A program made the translations under genes and the position numbers. Below are positions 9,276 to 18,229 of a DNA stretch of 36,591 nt, piece after piece. The stretch is taken from contig JBBSWX010000011.1 of assembly GCA_038046065.1 (NCBI GenBank), positions 21,145-57,735 of the forward strand, in the 5' to 3' direction. The stretch is from Candidatus Micrarchaeota archaeon (GTDB lineage Archaea > Micrarchaeota > Micrarchaeia > Norongarragalinales > UBA97). Position 1 is the stretch's first letter; the number at the start of each line of letters is the position of its first letter. The notes under the pieces are model-generated. The model did not search any database, was not told the DNA's origin, and saw only the letters and a list, made by a program, of their open reading frames with translations.

Positions 9276-10343
9276 ATGGAACTAAAAGCGGGAATAATCG
9301 GTTACGGCGCGGCCATCCCCCGGCTCCGCATCAAGACGCACGAGATTGCGAAAGTGTGGGGCAAGGATGGAGACCGCATTGCCGAAGGCTTGGGCGTGAA
9401 GGAAAAGGCCGTCGCCTCCATCGACGAGGACAGCGCGACTTTGGCGGTGGAAAGCAGCCGCATTGCACTCGCAACCAGCGGGATTGACGCGCAAGAAATC
9501 GGCGCGGTTTTCGTGGGTTCGGAAAGCAAGCCTTACGCAGTCAAGCCCACCGCTACCATCGTGGCCGACGCGCTGGGCGCTACGCCCGAGCTTACCGCCG
9601 CTGATTTGGAGTTCGCCTGCAAAGCCGGCACGGCCAGCGTGCAGGTGTGCATGGGAATGTGCATTTCTAAAATGATTCGCTACGGCGTCGCCGTCGGCAC
9701 CGACACGGCGCAAGGCCGTCCGGCAGACGCGCTGGAATACACTGCAGGCAGCGGCGCTGCCGCGTTCATAATCAGCCGCGAAAGCGACAATGCAGAACCA
9801 ATTGCAGTAATAGACGAAACTTACTCTTTCACTACCGACACGCCAGATTTTTGGCGCCGCCAGCACCAAGAGTTCCCTTCGCACGCAGGCCGCTTTACCG
9901 CCGCGCCCGCCTACTTCCGCCACGTGGTGAGCGCCTGCCAAGGACTCCTGAAAAAGACGGGCACGAAGCCTGAAGATTACGATTACGCGGTTTTCCACCA
10001 GCCGAACGGAAAGTTTCCCGTGCGCGCCGCCGCGATGCTCGGTTTCGACCGCAAGAAGATAGAGCAAGGCCTGCTCGCGCCCATCATCGGCAACACTTAC
10101 TCTGCCGCCAGCATGATTGGCCTCGCGAGCGTGCTTGACGTGGCGAAGCCCGGCGACAAGATTCTCGTCGTCTCCTACGGCAGCGGCGCGGGCAGCGACG
10201 CGTTCGCCATCACTGCCACCGACGCCATCAAGCGCAAGGCACGCCACCCTTCCGAGACGGTGCGGCAGCTTGCCGAGAAAGACCGGCATTACATTAACTA
10301 CGCCGAGTACGCCAAGCACCGGCGCAAGATAAAGAGCATGTGA
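9276..10343 (+). CDS. HMG-CoA synthase, archaeal type
   Basis: From ATG 9276 the frame reads MELKAGIIGYGAAIPRLRI..., then EFACKAGT (active-site Cys context), FHQPNGKF and GNTYSAS. The track start 9219 is a TTG with a non-conserved extension. Thiolase and DUF35 follow, as in archaea. Confidence 0.9.
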   Translation: MELKAGIIGYGAAIPRLRIKTHEIAKVWGKDGDRIAEGLGVKEKAVASIDEDSATLAVESSRIALATSGIDAQEIGAVFVGSESKPYAVKPTATIVADALGATPELTAADLEFACKAGTASVQVCMGMCISKMIRYGVAVGTDTAQGRPADALEYTAGSGAAAFIISRESDNAEPIAVIDETYSFTTDTPDFWRRQHQEFPSHAGRFTAAPAYFRHVVSACQGLLKKTGTKPEDYDYAVFHQPNGKFPVRAAAMLGFDRKKIEQGLLAPIIGNTYSAASMIGLASVLDVAKPGDKILVVSYGSGAGSDAFAITATDAIKRKARHPSETVRQLAEKDRHYINYAEYAKHRRKIKSM

Positions 10344-10350
10344 TTCTCTC

Positions 10351-11514
10351 ATGAAAAGCGTTTCCATCATCGGCGCGGGCCTCACGAAGTTCGGCGAGCA
10401 CTGGCAAGTGGGCTTGCGCGAGCTCATCGCCGAAGCTGCCGTGAAGGCCGTCGATGACGCGAAGATAGGCGGCGCTGACTTGCAAGCCATCTACGGCGGT
10501 TGCATGGCCTCCGGCCGCTTCATCGGCCAAGAGCACATAGGCGCGCTCATCGCCGACCAGCTTGGCATGAACCCCCTGCCGTCCACGCGCCTCGAAGCGG
10601 CGTGCGCAAGCGGCTCGGTCGCCTTCCGCGCGGGCTACTTTGCAGTCGCCAGCGGCATGTACGACGTCGTCGCAGTCGGCGGCGTGGAGAAGATGACTGA
10701 AATTTCTACTGAAGAAGCGGCCATCGCGCTCGGCGGCGCCGGCGACCAAGAGTGGGAGTTGTTCAACGGCGCCACGTTCCCGGCGCTATACGCGCTGATG
10801 GCCCGCCGCCACATGCAAGAGTACGGCACTACGGAAGAACAAATGGCCGCTTGCAGCGTGAAGAACCACGCGAATGCCGTGCACAACCCTTACGCACAGT
10901 TCCAAAAAGAAATCACGGTGCAAGACGTGATGGACTCCGGCTATATTTCCTCGCCCCTCAAACTTCTTGACTGCTCGCCCATCACCGACGGCGCTGCCGC
11001 CGTGATATTGTGTTCGACGGACAAGGCGCGCAAGTTCACGGACACGCCAATCGAAATTGTCGGCAGCGGCCAGGCGAGCGACACGCTTGCGCTCTCGGGC
11101 CGCAAGTCGCTCACCACGCTAGAAGCCACGCGCGTCGCAGCGCAACAGGCGTTCAAGCAGGCGCGCGCCACCCCGAAAGACGTTGATTTCGCGGAAGTGC
11201 ACGATTGTTTCTCCATCGCCGAGATACTCGCCATCGAAGACCTCGGCTTTTTTGCGAAAGGCAAAGGCGGCAGCGCAACTGAAGAAGGTGAGACGGCATT
11301 GAACGCAAAGCTCTCCATAAACACTTCCGGAGGCCTCAAGGCGTGCGGCCACCCCGTCGGCGCTACGGGCGTCAAGCAGATTGTTGAAGCAGTGTGGCAG
11401 CTGCGCGGCCAAGCGGGCAAGCGGCAGGTTGACGGCGCCGAGCTAGGCCTCACTCACAACGTGGGCGGCAGCGGCGCTACCGCGCTCGTCCACTTGTTCA
11501 AGAGGGCCGACTAA
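10351..11514 (+). CDS. Acetyl-CoA acetyltransferase (archaeal thiolase)
   Basis: 387 aa with LEAACASGS, NTSGGLKACGHPVGATG and NVGGSG, the thiolase-superfamily motifs. Confidence 0.9.
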   Translation: MKSVSIIGAGLTKFGEHWQVGLRELIAEAAVKAVDDAKIGGADLQAIYGGCMASGRFIGQEHIGALIADQLGMNPLPSTRLEAACASGSVAFRAGYFAVASGMYDVVAVGGVEKMTEISTEEAAIALGGAGDQEWELFNGATFPALYALMARRHMQEYGTTEEQMAACSVKNHANAVHNPYAQFQKEITVQDVMDSGYISSPLKLLDCSPITDGAAAVILCSTDKARKFTDTPIEIVGSGQASDTLALSGRKSLTTLEATRVAAQQAFKQARATPKDVDFAEVHDCFSIAEILAIEDLGFFAKGKGGSATEEGETALNAKLSINTSGGLKACGHPVGATGVKQIVEAVWQLRGQAGKRQVDGAELGLTHNVGGSGATALVHLFKRAD

Positions 11515-11570
11515 GTGCTAGAGAACTGGACTGAAGGCAAGATTAACTGAAGTAAGAGGATTGACTGAAA

Positions 11571-11969
11571 ATGCGCAAGTTCCTTTCAATGATTTGGCGC
11601 CGCATTCCCGAGCGCTACAACCTAATAGGCAGCAAGTGCGAGTCTTGCGGCGCCGAGTTCTTCCCGCAACGCAAGCTTTGCCATGCCTGTCGCAGGAAAG
11701 GCAAGCTCTCTACCGTGCCAATGCCGCGCGAAGGGAAAATCTATTCGTTCACTGAAGTGCACTCGGCGCCTTCGGGGTTCGAGCACGAGTCGCCGTACTT
11801 CCTCGCCCTCGTAGAGCTGTCGAACGGCGTGCGCCTGTTGACGCAGCTCGTCGACTCCCCCGCCGAGCGGGTGAAGGTGGGCGCGAAAGTCGCCGTGGTA
11901 TTCCGCAAGATTTTCGAGGACGACGCTGAAGGCGCGATAGCCTACGGCTACAAGTTTAAAGTAGTTTGA
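11571..11969 (+). CDS. DUF35 OB-fold/zinc-ribbon protein (scaffold of the archaeal thiolase/HMGCS complex)
   Basis: 132 aa with a CESCG...CHAC zinc ribbon followed by an OB-fold segment, located immediately after the thiolase. Confidence 0.85.
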   Translation: MRKFLSMIWRRIPERYNLIGSKCESCGAEFFPQRKLCHACRRKGKLSTVPMPREGKIYSFTEVHSAPSGFEHESPYFLALVELSNGVRLLTQLVDSPAERVKVGAKVAVVFRKIFEDDAEGAIAYGYKFKVV

Positions 11970-11992
11970 CGCACTCAACAAGTTTGGTATTG

Positions 11993-13030
11993 ATGGCTGA
12001 CGTTCTCGAAACATTGCGGCAAAAGTCCCTCCTCGTAGACGAGCAGCTAAAGCAACTACTCCCGCCCGCGGAAGGACAGGCGATTCCCGAAGTTCGCGAG
12101 CTCTACTCTTCGGCGTGGGATTACAACCTCCGCGGCGGCAAGCGCCTGCGCCCCGCATTATGCCTGCTTTCCTGCGAGGCTTTCGGCGGCAACCCTCAAG
12201 ACGCGTTGAACACCGCCGCGGCGCTCGAACTCTTGCAAAACTTTCTCCTTATTCACGACGACATTGAAGACGCGAGTGACATGCGGCGCGGCAAGCCTTG
12301 TCTCAACAAGTTGCACGGCGACGCCTTCGCAATAAACTCCGGCGACTTCGTGCATGCGTGGATGTGGCGTTGCCTTCTCGCCAACAAGCCTGTGCTCGGG
12401 GCTACCAAGACTTTCGCGGTAATGCGCGAGTTCGTGCAACAGCTGGAAACAACTGCGGAAGGCCAGGCGATGGAAATTGCGTGGGTGCGCGACGGCAAGT
12501 GGGACGTTTCTGAAGAAGATTACTTCGAACTCGTCAAACGCAAGACTGCCAACTATACCATCACGCGGCCGTTGCGGCTGGGCGCGATAATCGCCGGCGC
12601 GACGAAACGCCAGGCGGACTCGCTCAACGCGGCTGGCGAGAAGCTGGGCATCGCCTTCCAAATACAGGACGATATCCTCAACCTCGCGCCGCCCGGCGAG
12701 GCGTACGGCAAGGAAACCGCCGGCGACTTGTACGAAGGCAAACGCACGTTGATACTCTCCCGCGCCTTGTCGAAGATGAAGGACGCCGAACGCGGGGAAG
12801 CGCTCGCGTCACTCTCCAAACCCCGCGCGCAAAAAACTCCGGAAGAAATGGCGCGCGTGCTGGAACTCGTCAAGAAGACGGGCGCGCTTGACTACTGCCG
12901 CAAGAAAGCCCGCCAACTCGCGTCGCAGGCGCGCGAACAGCTCTCGAAAAAGCTTTTCGGCCTGCCGGACTCGCAAGCCAAGTCGGACATTTTCGCGCTC
13001 GTTGACTTCATAGTCGAACGCGAGTACTAA
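11993..13030 (+). CDS. idsA: Polyprenyl (geranylgeranyl) diphosphate synthase
   Basis: LLIHDDIEDASDMRRG (first DDxxD) and FQIQDDILN (second). ATG at 11993 (MADVLETL) is preferred over the TTG at 11966 used by the track. Confidence 0.9.
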   Translation: MADVLETLRQKSLLVDEQLKQLLPPAEGQAIPEVRELYSSAWDYNLRGGKRLRPALCLLSCEAFGGNPQDALNTAAALELLQNFLLIHDDIEDASDMRRGKPCLNKLHGDAFAINSGDFVHAWMWRCLLANKPVLGATKTFAVMREFVQQLETTAEGQAMEIAWVRDGKWDVSEEDYFELVKRKTANYTITRPLRLGAIIAGATKRQADSLNAAGEKLGIAFQIQDDILNLAPPGEAYGKETAGDLYEGKRTLILSRALSKMKDAERGEALASLSKPRAQKTPEEMARVLELVKKTGALDYCRKKARQLASQAREQLSKKLFGLPDSQAKSDIFALVDFIVEREY

Positions 13031-13079
13031 CCTCGCGAGTGCCAAGCGCTGCACGAGCATCAACACAATAACTCTACAT

Positions 13080-14129
13080 TCACTTTTCTATAACGAGCTT
13101 TCCCCTTTCCTCCTTCCACTTCACGCGCAACCCTTCCAGGGCTGCCGCCAGCCTCTTTTCGTTACCGTCGTTGCACGCGGCAATCGCCTCGTCCAGCTGC
13201 ACGCAGTTTTCCACCACCCAATCGCCTGCGGCCTTCCGCTCCGCAATTTGTTCTTCAAACGCCTTCCGCGCTACCGCGAGCTTCGCGATGGACGCGTACG
13301 CCTTTTCGAACTTCACTTCCGCAGCGCTCTTGCCTTGCGGCGCAGGCAGCGTTGCGGCCGTTTCGTAATACTCGTCGAGACACTCGCCAAAACTCTTGAA
13401 ACTCTTTAACGCGCCTTGCACGCTCTGCAACTCTATGGGCGAGAACAACGCCCGCGCCTCTCCCGGAAAACAAATGCGCGGGCTGTACGCCTCGCCGCAC
13501 AAAGACTTCAACGCCCCGGCCAAGGCGCGCCTTTCAGCAACGCCATCCAGCCCCGCGTCTTCAGCGATTCCCGCGCGGTGCAGCGCCTCGCGCGCGTAAA
13601 GGCTTGAAATGCCAAAGTTGCGCGTGATGATTTCAAGCGCATTACCCTCACCATCGAAATCTCCTTCCGCCGCTTCAAGCACGCTCTTCCTCCCGGCCGG
13701 CGGCGCGTATTTACTTCCTTTCGCCAAGCCCCTGCCGCTCGAGTCCCGCAACAACGGCCGCAGCACCGCCCCGTTTTCCTCCAGCAGGAATGCGTTTCCC
13801 TTCGCGAAACTCTCCAGTACGAGCGACAAGCCGTTCGCGAAAGAAAACTTGAGCACACGATCCAAACCCACCTGCTCAACATTTACGAGCCGCGCGTTGC
13901 CAAGCTTATCGCGCAAAAGCTTCGTGAAGCTACTCTGCGTTTCGGGCGCAGGGCGCACGAGGCACGTCAAGTGAATCCTCTTCCCCAACTCCACGCGCAC
14001 GTTGCGCTCGCCGTCCTTGTTGAACTTCAAGCGGAAGCGCCCCGGCGCCTCGTCATAAACTTTGTTCAGAAAGCCGCCCTCGAGCTGCGCGAGCTCCCGC
14101 TGGCTGAAGAAGTAGTCAATCCCAGTCAT
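13080..14129 (-). CDS. NFACT-N (FbpA/Tae2/RqcH N-terminal) domain protein, short form without an NFACT-R/DUF814 module
   Basis: MTGIDYFFSQRELAQLEGGFLNKVYDEAPGRFRLKF... matches the NFACT-N start. It has a middle helix-hairpin-like region and a C-terminal coiled-coil-like segment. The protein is only about 349 aa. ATG 14129 is preferred over TTG 14162, and CTATAAAAC lies upstream. Confidence 0.6.
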   Translation of the reverse strand: MTGIDYFFSQRELAQLEGGFLNKVYDEAPGRFRLKFNKDGERNVRVELGKRIHLTCLVRPAPETQSSFTKLLRDKLGNARLVNVEQVGLDRVLKFSFANGLSLVLESFAKGNAFLLEENGAVLRPLLRDSSGRGLAKGSKYAPPAGRKSVLEAAEGDFDGEGNALEIITRNFGISSLYAREALHRAGIAEDAGLDGVAERRALAGALKSLCGEAYSPRICFPGEARALFSPIELQSVQGALKSFKSFGECLDEYYETAATLPAPQGKSAAEVKFEKAYASIAKLAVARKAFEEQIAERKAAGDWVVENCVQLDEAIAACNDGNEKRLAAALEGLRVKWKEERGKLVIEK

Positions 14130-14260
14130 CGCCTGTACCACGTTTGCATTAACACCCCGCAAGGTTTTATAGTTCGCTTTGGCGCGTCGTTCGCGCTGGC
14201 GCGCAAGCTAAGCGCTATCTTCATAACACTCCCTTCGCAACACCATGGCCTTCGCAGCCT

Positions 14261-14455
14261 TTACTGCGGCACGCGCAAGACGCGCAGCGGAATGGCGTCC
14301 TTCTCGAACTCCATGAACGCGACGCGCACGGCGCTAATCAGTTTCGACGGTATCTTCACGAGGGGAGGCGCGCCCATCGCCAGCTGCAGCGCCCGCGCGC
14401 CCACGATGCGCGCCCTTTCGTACTTGGACAGCTCGTCAAGACGTTGTTTCGCCAT
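14261..14455 (-). CDS. rpoK: DNA-directed RNA polymerase subunit K (Rpo6/RPB6 homologue)
   Basis: MAKQRLDELSKYERARIVGARALQLAMGAPPLV, the hallmark RpoK core. ATG 14455 is preferred over GTG 14467. Confidence 0.85.
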   Translation of the reverse strand: MAKQRLDELSKYERARIVGARALQLAMGAPPLVKIPSKLISAVRVAFMEFEKDAIPLRVLRVPQ

Positions 14456-14557
14456 AAGAACCACCACTGACTCAAACTGCCGTCGATTTGAACTACCGTC
14501 GGCTCAAAATGCTGCTGGAAACTAAGCGTCGTCACAAGAATTAAGGCAGCCATTGCT

Positions 14558-15529
14558 TTAAATACGCTTGCCGGGGTGGATTGAGAGGCTCAACAGCGTC
14601 TCGTCAACCGCCGCGTAGTCGTGGCTCAAGATGCTTCGGCCGAACTCGTCGTAAAACCCGTCGATTATCTCGCGAAGCCTAGCCGGCCGCGGGACTATGA
14701 ATTCCGGCTCGAACTCGGCATACCCCGCCGAGCGGTTGATGAAAACCGTTTCAGGCTGCTCAAGCGCGTATGCTGCGAGCTTGCCGTAATCCGTCATGTT
14801 CTTCAAGAAAAAGTTTGCCTTGAAGCACGAATAACCCAGTTTTTGGCAGTCTATCGACGGCCTGAAGCCCAGTATGACTTTCTTTTCCTTCAACCTCGCC
14901 ATTGCGGCAAGCGCGCCAGCTGGCGAGACGCCTGCCGCTTCAGCCACGTCTACAAGGCGCGCACGTGCGTTGCTTGAAAGCGCCGCCAGCACCTGCGACT
15001 CCACTTGCGACAACGCAACCTTGTCCGCCTCGCCAGTGCGGTACACCTTGCGCTCGCTTACTTTCTGCGGCAATAAGAACGCGCTGCCCGCGTCCACCAC
15101 TCCGAAGTAAGGCGAAAGGCTCTTCTCGCGAATGAACGGCTGGAAACGGTTTACGAACTCTTCCCAAAAAATTTCGAACTCCCGCGCGCCTTGGAACCAG
15201 AATGCGCCCCCGAAGTCCACCTTGCCGCTGTACCGCGCCACCCACCACGCGTTCGGGTGGCGCACGAAGAACGACTCGAGCTCCCTGCGCTTGCGCCGGC
15301 CTGCAGCCCGCCACGAGAGATATACGCGCACTCCGTACTCGGCCAAGGCGCGCGGGTCGACCACCGGTCGGTATCCTGCTATCACGCGCGCTTCTTCCAG
15401 CTTGCGCAGGCGGTTGCCCACGCTTGCCTTGTCCATCCGCAACGCCCGGCCGATGCTCGCGTTCGAACGCCGCGCGTCCTTATCCAACAGGAACAGCAGC
15501 TGGCGATCCTTCGAGTCAAGTTCATACAT
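14558..15529 (-). CDS. Double (tandem) Lrp/AsnC-family transcriptional regulator
   Basis: 323 aa with two HTH_AsnC-like segments (DSKDRQLLFLLDKDARRSNASIGRALRMDKASVGNRLRKLEE and SQVESQVLAALSSNARARLVDVAEAAGVSPAGALAAMARLKE). Each is followed by a RAM-like region. Confidence 0.8.
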   Translation of the reverse strand: MYELDSKDRQLLFLLDKDARRSNASIGRALRMDKASVGNRLRKLEEARVIAGYRPVVDPRALAEYGVRVYLSWRAAGRRKRRELESFFVRHPNAWWVARYSGKVDFGGAFWFQGAREFEIFWEEFVNRFQPFIREKSLSPYFGVVDAGSAFLLPQKVSERKVYRTGEADKVALSQVESQVLAALSSNARARLVDVAEAAGVSPAGALAAMARLKEKKVILGFRPSIDCQKLGYSCFKANFFLKNMTDYGKLAAYALEQPETVFINRSAGYAEFEPEFIVPRPARLREIIDGFYDEFGRSILSHDYAAVDETLLSLSIHPGKRI

Positions 15530-15544
15530 AATTTACTAAATTAT
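15528..15544. promoter_or_regulatory. Perfect 17-bp palindrome ATAATTTA-C-TAAATTAT at the start of the Lrp gene (putative Lrp-type operator)
   Basis: The 8+1+8 palindrome was read directly. It overlaps the ATG (15527-15529) and lies downstream of a TATA-like CTATTTTAAG (minus strand, about 15553-15563). Confidence 0.5.
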
Positions 15545-15592
15545 CCCTTTTGCTTAAAATAGTTTACCAAACTCCGAGAAACTATATTCAAA

Positions 15593-16867
15593 GTGAATAA
15601 TCCTCGTTACCTCATGGGTGGGGTTGGCATCGCAGGCAGGTTCGTGCGCAAGGACTCGCGCAGCATACTGCGGGCGGTGGACGCGTTCTGCAAGTACCAC
15701 GAGCTGCTGCACGGCTTCGTCGCGCGCGGCGCGATTAAAAGCTCGCTAGACCGCGGGGCGTTCGTGCGGCCGCAAGACCTCTTGCCGGAAGACATCCTAC
15801 AGCTGCTTGGCGGCGGCCGCAGTGAGTCTCACGCCTATGGCTCCGAATGCGGAGACTTGCAGTTGCGGGGTAAGATTGCCGAGCTTGAAAACATCCGGCA
15901 CGCTGCGCGCTACTCGGCTGAAAACGTAGCAATTATGCCCGGCGCGTGGGCCGCGCTCGAGTTCGCGCTGCAAGAAGCAATGGCGCTGCGGAGCGGGAGG
16001 TGCGCGCGCGGCAACGTCGTAGTGGTGGGCCCCACGCTCTACCAGATGTTCCACTATCCCATCGCTTCGTTGGGCTTCCCTACAATAGCGTTGGACTGCG
16101 TGCGCGACTCCAAGCAAAGGGTGCCTCGCGGCGAAGAGTGCCTGCAAGCCATCCTTGGCGAGAACCCCCGCGCGGTGGTGTTAACCAATCCAAACAACCC
16201 CGACGGAAAGTATATTCCAACCAGCTTCCTGCGGCGCCTCGTGCGCGAGGCGGAACACGCCGGGTTTTTCGTGATACTTGACGAGCTGCAAAACTTTTTC
16301 GCAAAACGCCCTCTGCGCTACGGCTCGTGGATAAATTCGCCTAACGTCATCCGCGTGGACAGCGCGTCCAAGCGCTACGCGCTCGCTGAACACCGCGTCG
16401 GTTGGGTTATTGCCGACGAGTCCCTCATCGGCGACCGGACGCGCGGCATCACTGGCCGCATGAGCGGAATTATGGGCAACGCGCCGCGCGCTGCCAACAC
16501 GGCGCTGCTTGAGATTCTTGATAGGGAAGTTTCTGCGGCGCGCGGCGGCCGGGACTTTCTGCGGGAAAAATGGCTGGAGCTTTCGCACAAGGAGGCGCTA
16601 GTCAACTCGCGGCTGCGGGAAATGACTGTAGAACCGATTGCGAGGGAGGGGTGCATCAACGCGGCCGTCGTAGTGCCTAACTTTCGCGGCGGTGACCTGA
16701 AGCTTGCAGTAGAGTTGATGCGCCGGGGCACGCTCATCATGCCTTGCAGCGGTTACGGTTGCGCGCCTTCGCCGCCCACGCTGCGCGTCACGTTCGCCGA
16801 GCGTGACGAAAAGATAACGCACGCGATGGACTGCCTGGAGCGGGCGCTTAATGCGTCAACGCGTTAG
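15593..16867 (+). CDS. PLP-dependent aminotransferase, class I/II fold
   Basis: LTNPNNPDG, ILDE and DSASKRYALAEHRVGW (lysine-containing motif). The start is GTG 15593, or alternatively ATG 15614. Confidence 0.75.
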   Translation: MNNPRYLMGGVGIAGRFVRKDSRSILRAVDAFCKYHELLHGFVARGAIKSSLDRGAFVRPQDLLPEDILQLLGGGRSESHAYGSECGDLQLRGKIAELENIRHAARYSAENVAIMPGAWAALEFALQEAMALRSGRCARGNVVVVGPTLYQMFHYPIASLGFPTIALDCVRDSKQRVPRGEECLQAILGENPRAVVLTNPNNPDGKYIPTSFLRRLVREAEHAGFFVILDELQNFFAKRPLRYGSWINSPNVIRVDSASKRYALAEHRVGWVIADESLIGDRTRGITGRMSGIMGNAPRAANTALLEILDREVSAARGGRDFLREKWLELSHKEALVNSRLREMTVEPIAREGCINAAVVVPNFRGGDLKLAVELMRRGTLIMPCSGYGCAPSPPTLRVTFAERDEKITHAMDCLERALNASTR

Positions 16868-17531
16868 AGCCGTCCAGAAACCGTTTTGCGCGCGCGTTGC
16901 CGCCTGAAAAGAATTCGTTCGCGCTGCAGTCGCAAGTTACGCTGCCGTTTTCCAGCAGGATTATCCGGTCTGCCAGCGCCTTTGCGGTAGCCATATCGTG
17001 GGTGGCGAGCATCAGCGTGTTGCCCCGCCGCTTTAGTTTGCGCAGCAGGCGCACTAGGCCTCCGCGCGCGTGCGGGTCGAGGTTTGAAGTAACCTCGTCG
17101 AGCAGTATTGTTTCCGGCGTTACCGCCAACGCCCTTGCTATTGCCGCGCGCTGCGACTGCCCTCCGGAAAGTTCGTGCGGGAAACTATCCGATTTATCCG
17201 CGAGGTTCACTAGGTTCAGCACACTCTTTGCGAGCGCCTCGGCATCACTGCGGCGCAAGCCTCTCGCGAAACGCGGGGCTTCAGCCACGTTCTCCAGCAC
17301 GGTCTTGTGCGGCCACAAGTTGTAGTCCTGGAATACCATTGCCGGCCGGTCTTGCGTTGTAACTTCCCCCTCAAAAGCTTCCAAGCCCGCGATGCATCGC
17401 AACAGCGTGGTCTTGCCGCCGCCGCTGGGCCCGACTAACGCAACCAACTCGCTTTTACGCATCTTGATGGATACGCCTTTCAGGACTGGCTTGTCGAAGC
17501 TCTTGCGAATGTTTCTTGCTTCGAGCGTCAC
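16848..17531 (-). CDS. ABC transporter ATP-binding protein (polar amino-acid type)
   Basis: GPSGGGKTTLLRCI (Walker A), LSGGQSQRAAIARAL (signature) and LLDEVTSNLD (Walker B). Confidence 0.9.
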   Translation of the reverse strand: MTLEARNIRKSFDKPVLKGVSIKMRKSELVALVGPSGGGKTTLLRCIAGLEAFEGEVTTQDRPAMVFQDYNLWPHKTVLENVAEAPRFARGLRRSDAEALAKSVLNLVNLADKSDSFPHELSGGQSQRAAIARALAVTPETILLDEVTSNLDPHARGGLVRLLRKLKRRGNTLMLATHDMATAKALADRIILLENGSVTCDCSANEFFSGGNARAKRFLDGSNALTH

Positions 17532-18217
17532 ATGCCTTCACCATTCGGTCGCTGGCGCGAGAACAGCGCGCGGTATTCCAAGCGCCTCGAAAGCCACGAG
17601 AGAGGCAGTATCAGCGCCGCGTAGAACACGGCTATTGCCGAATACACCTCAAGCGGCCGGTAGGTAACTGCAATAAGGTTCGTGCCTGCGTGCAGCATCT
17701 CGTTCACCCCGATGGCTGAAGCGAGCGAAGCGTATTTTACCGCCGTTATGGACTCGTTTACGAGCGCGGGAAGCACTCGCCTGAAAGCCTGCGGCAGGAC
17801 GATGCGCGTTTTGATGTGAAACTCGCCCAAACCGAGGGTTCTCGCCGCGTCGGAATGCCCGCGCGGCACGCTTTCAATGCCAGCCCTAAACGATTCGGAT
17901 ACGAACGCGGCCTGCTGCAGCGAAAAGAACAGTACTGCCGTCTCGAAAGCCGGAATGTTCAAGTTAAGCAGCAGGGGCAGGCAGTAGTACGCCCAAACCA
18001 GCAGGACGAGTGTGGGCACTGCCCGCATAAGTTCGCAATACGCCAGCGCGAACCTTGCCGCAGTCCGGTTTTGGGAAGTCCTTGCAAGCGCCAGCAGCAG
18101 GCCAAGGGCAGCCCCTGCCACTACAACCGTACCGGCAAGCGCAAGCGTGGTTCCCAGCGCGTTGATGAATACCTCTCGGTTCTCCCAAACTAGCCTGAAC
18201 TGCCATTCGTAAGCCAT
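17528..18217 (-). CDS. ABC transporter permease (His/Glu/Gln/Arg/opine family)
   Basis: 229 aa, multi-TM, with an EAA-like loop (SFRAGIESVPRGHSDAARTLG). A 4-nt overlap joins it to the ATPase gene. Confidence 0.85.
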   Translation of the reverse strand: MAYEWQFRLVWENREVFINALGTTLALAGTVVVAGAALGLLLALARTSQNRTAARFALAYCELMRAVPTLVLLVWAYYCLPLLLNLNIPAFETAVLFFSLQQAAFVSESFRAGIESVPRGHSDAARTLGLGEFHIKTRIVLPQAFRRVLPALVNESITAVKYASLASAIGVNEMLHAGTNLIAVTYRPLEVYSAIAVFYAALILPLSWLSRRLEYRALFSRQRPNGEGM

Positions 18218-18229
18218 TAGGCAATTCGC

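Noticed and set aside
9282-10490. 402-aa minus-strand ORF
   Set aside because: It is fully antisense to HMG-CoA synthase and the thiolase start, and no motifs were seen. The same reasoning applies to 20399-21700 (+, antisense to GGR and ferredoxin), 2110-2865, 6624-7439, 7523-8317, 30208-31014, 31313-31900 and 35621-36505.
11530-11570. ACTGAA occurring three times between thiolase and DUF35, and the 13-mer GATTGACTGAAAA shared with 34758-34770
   Set aside because: Short hexamer repeats and a single shared 13-mer are within chance expectation for a 36-kb window scanned on both strands.
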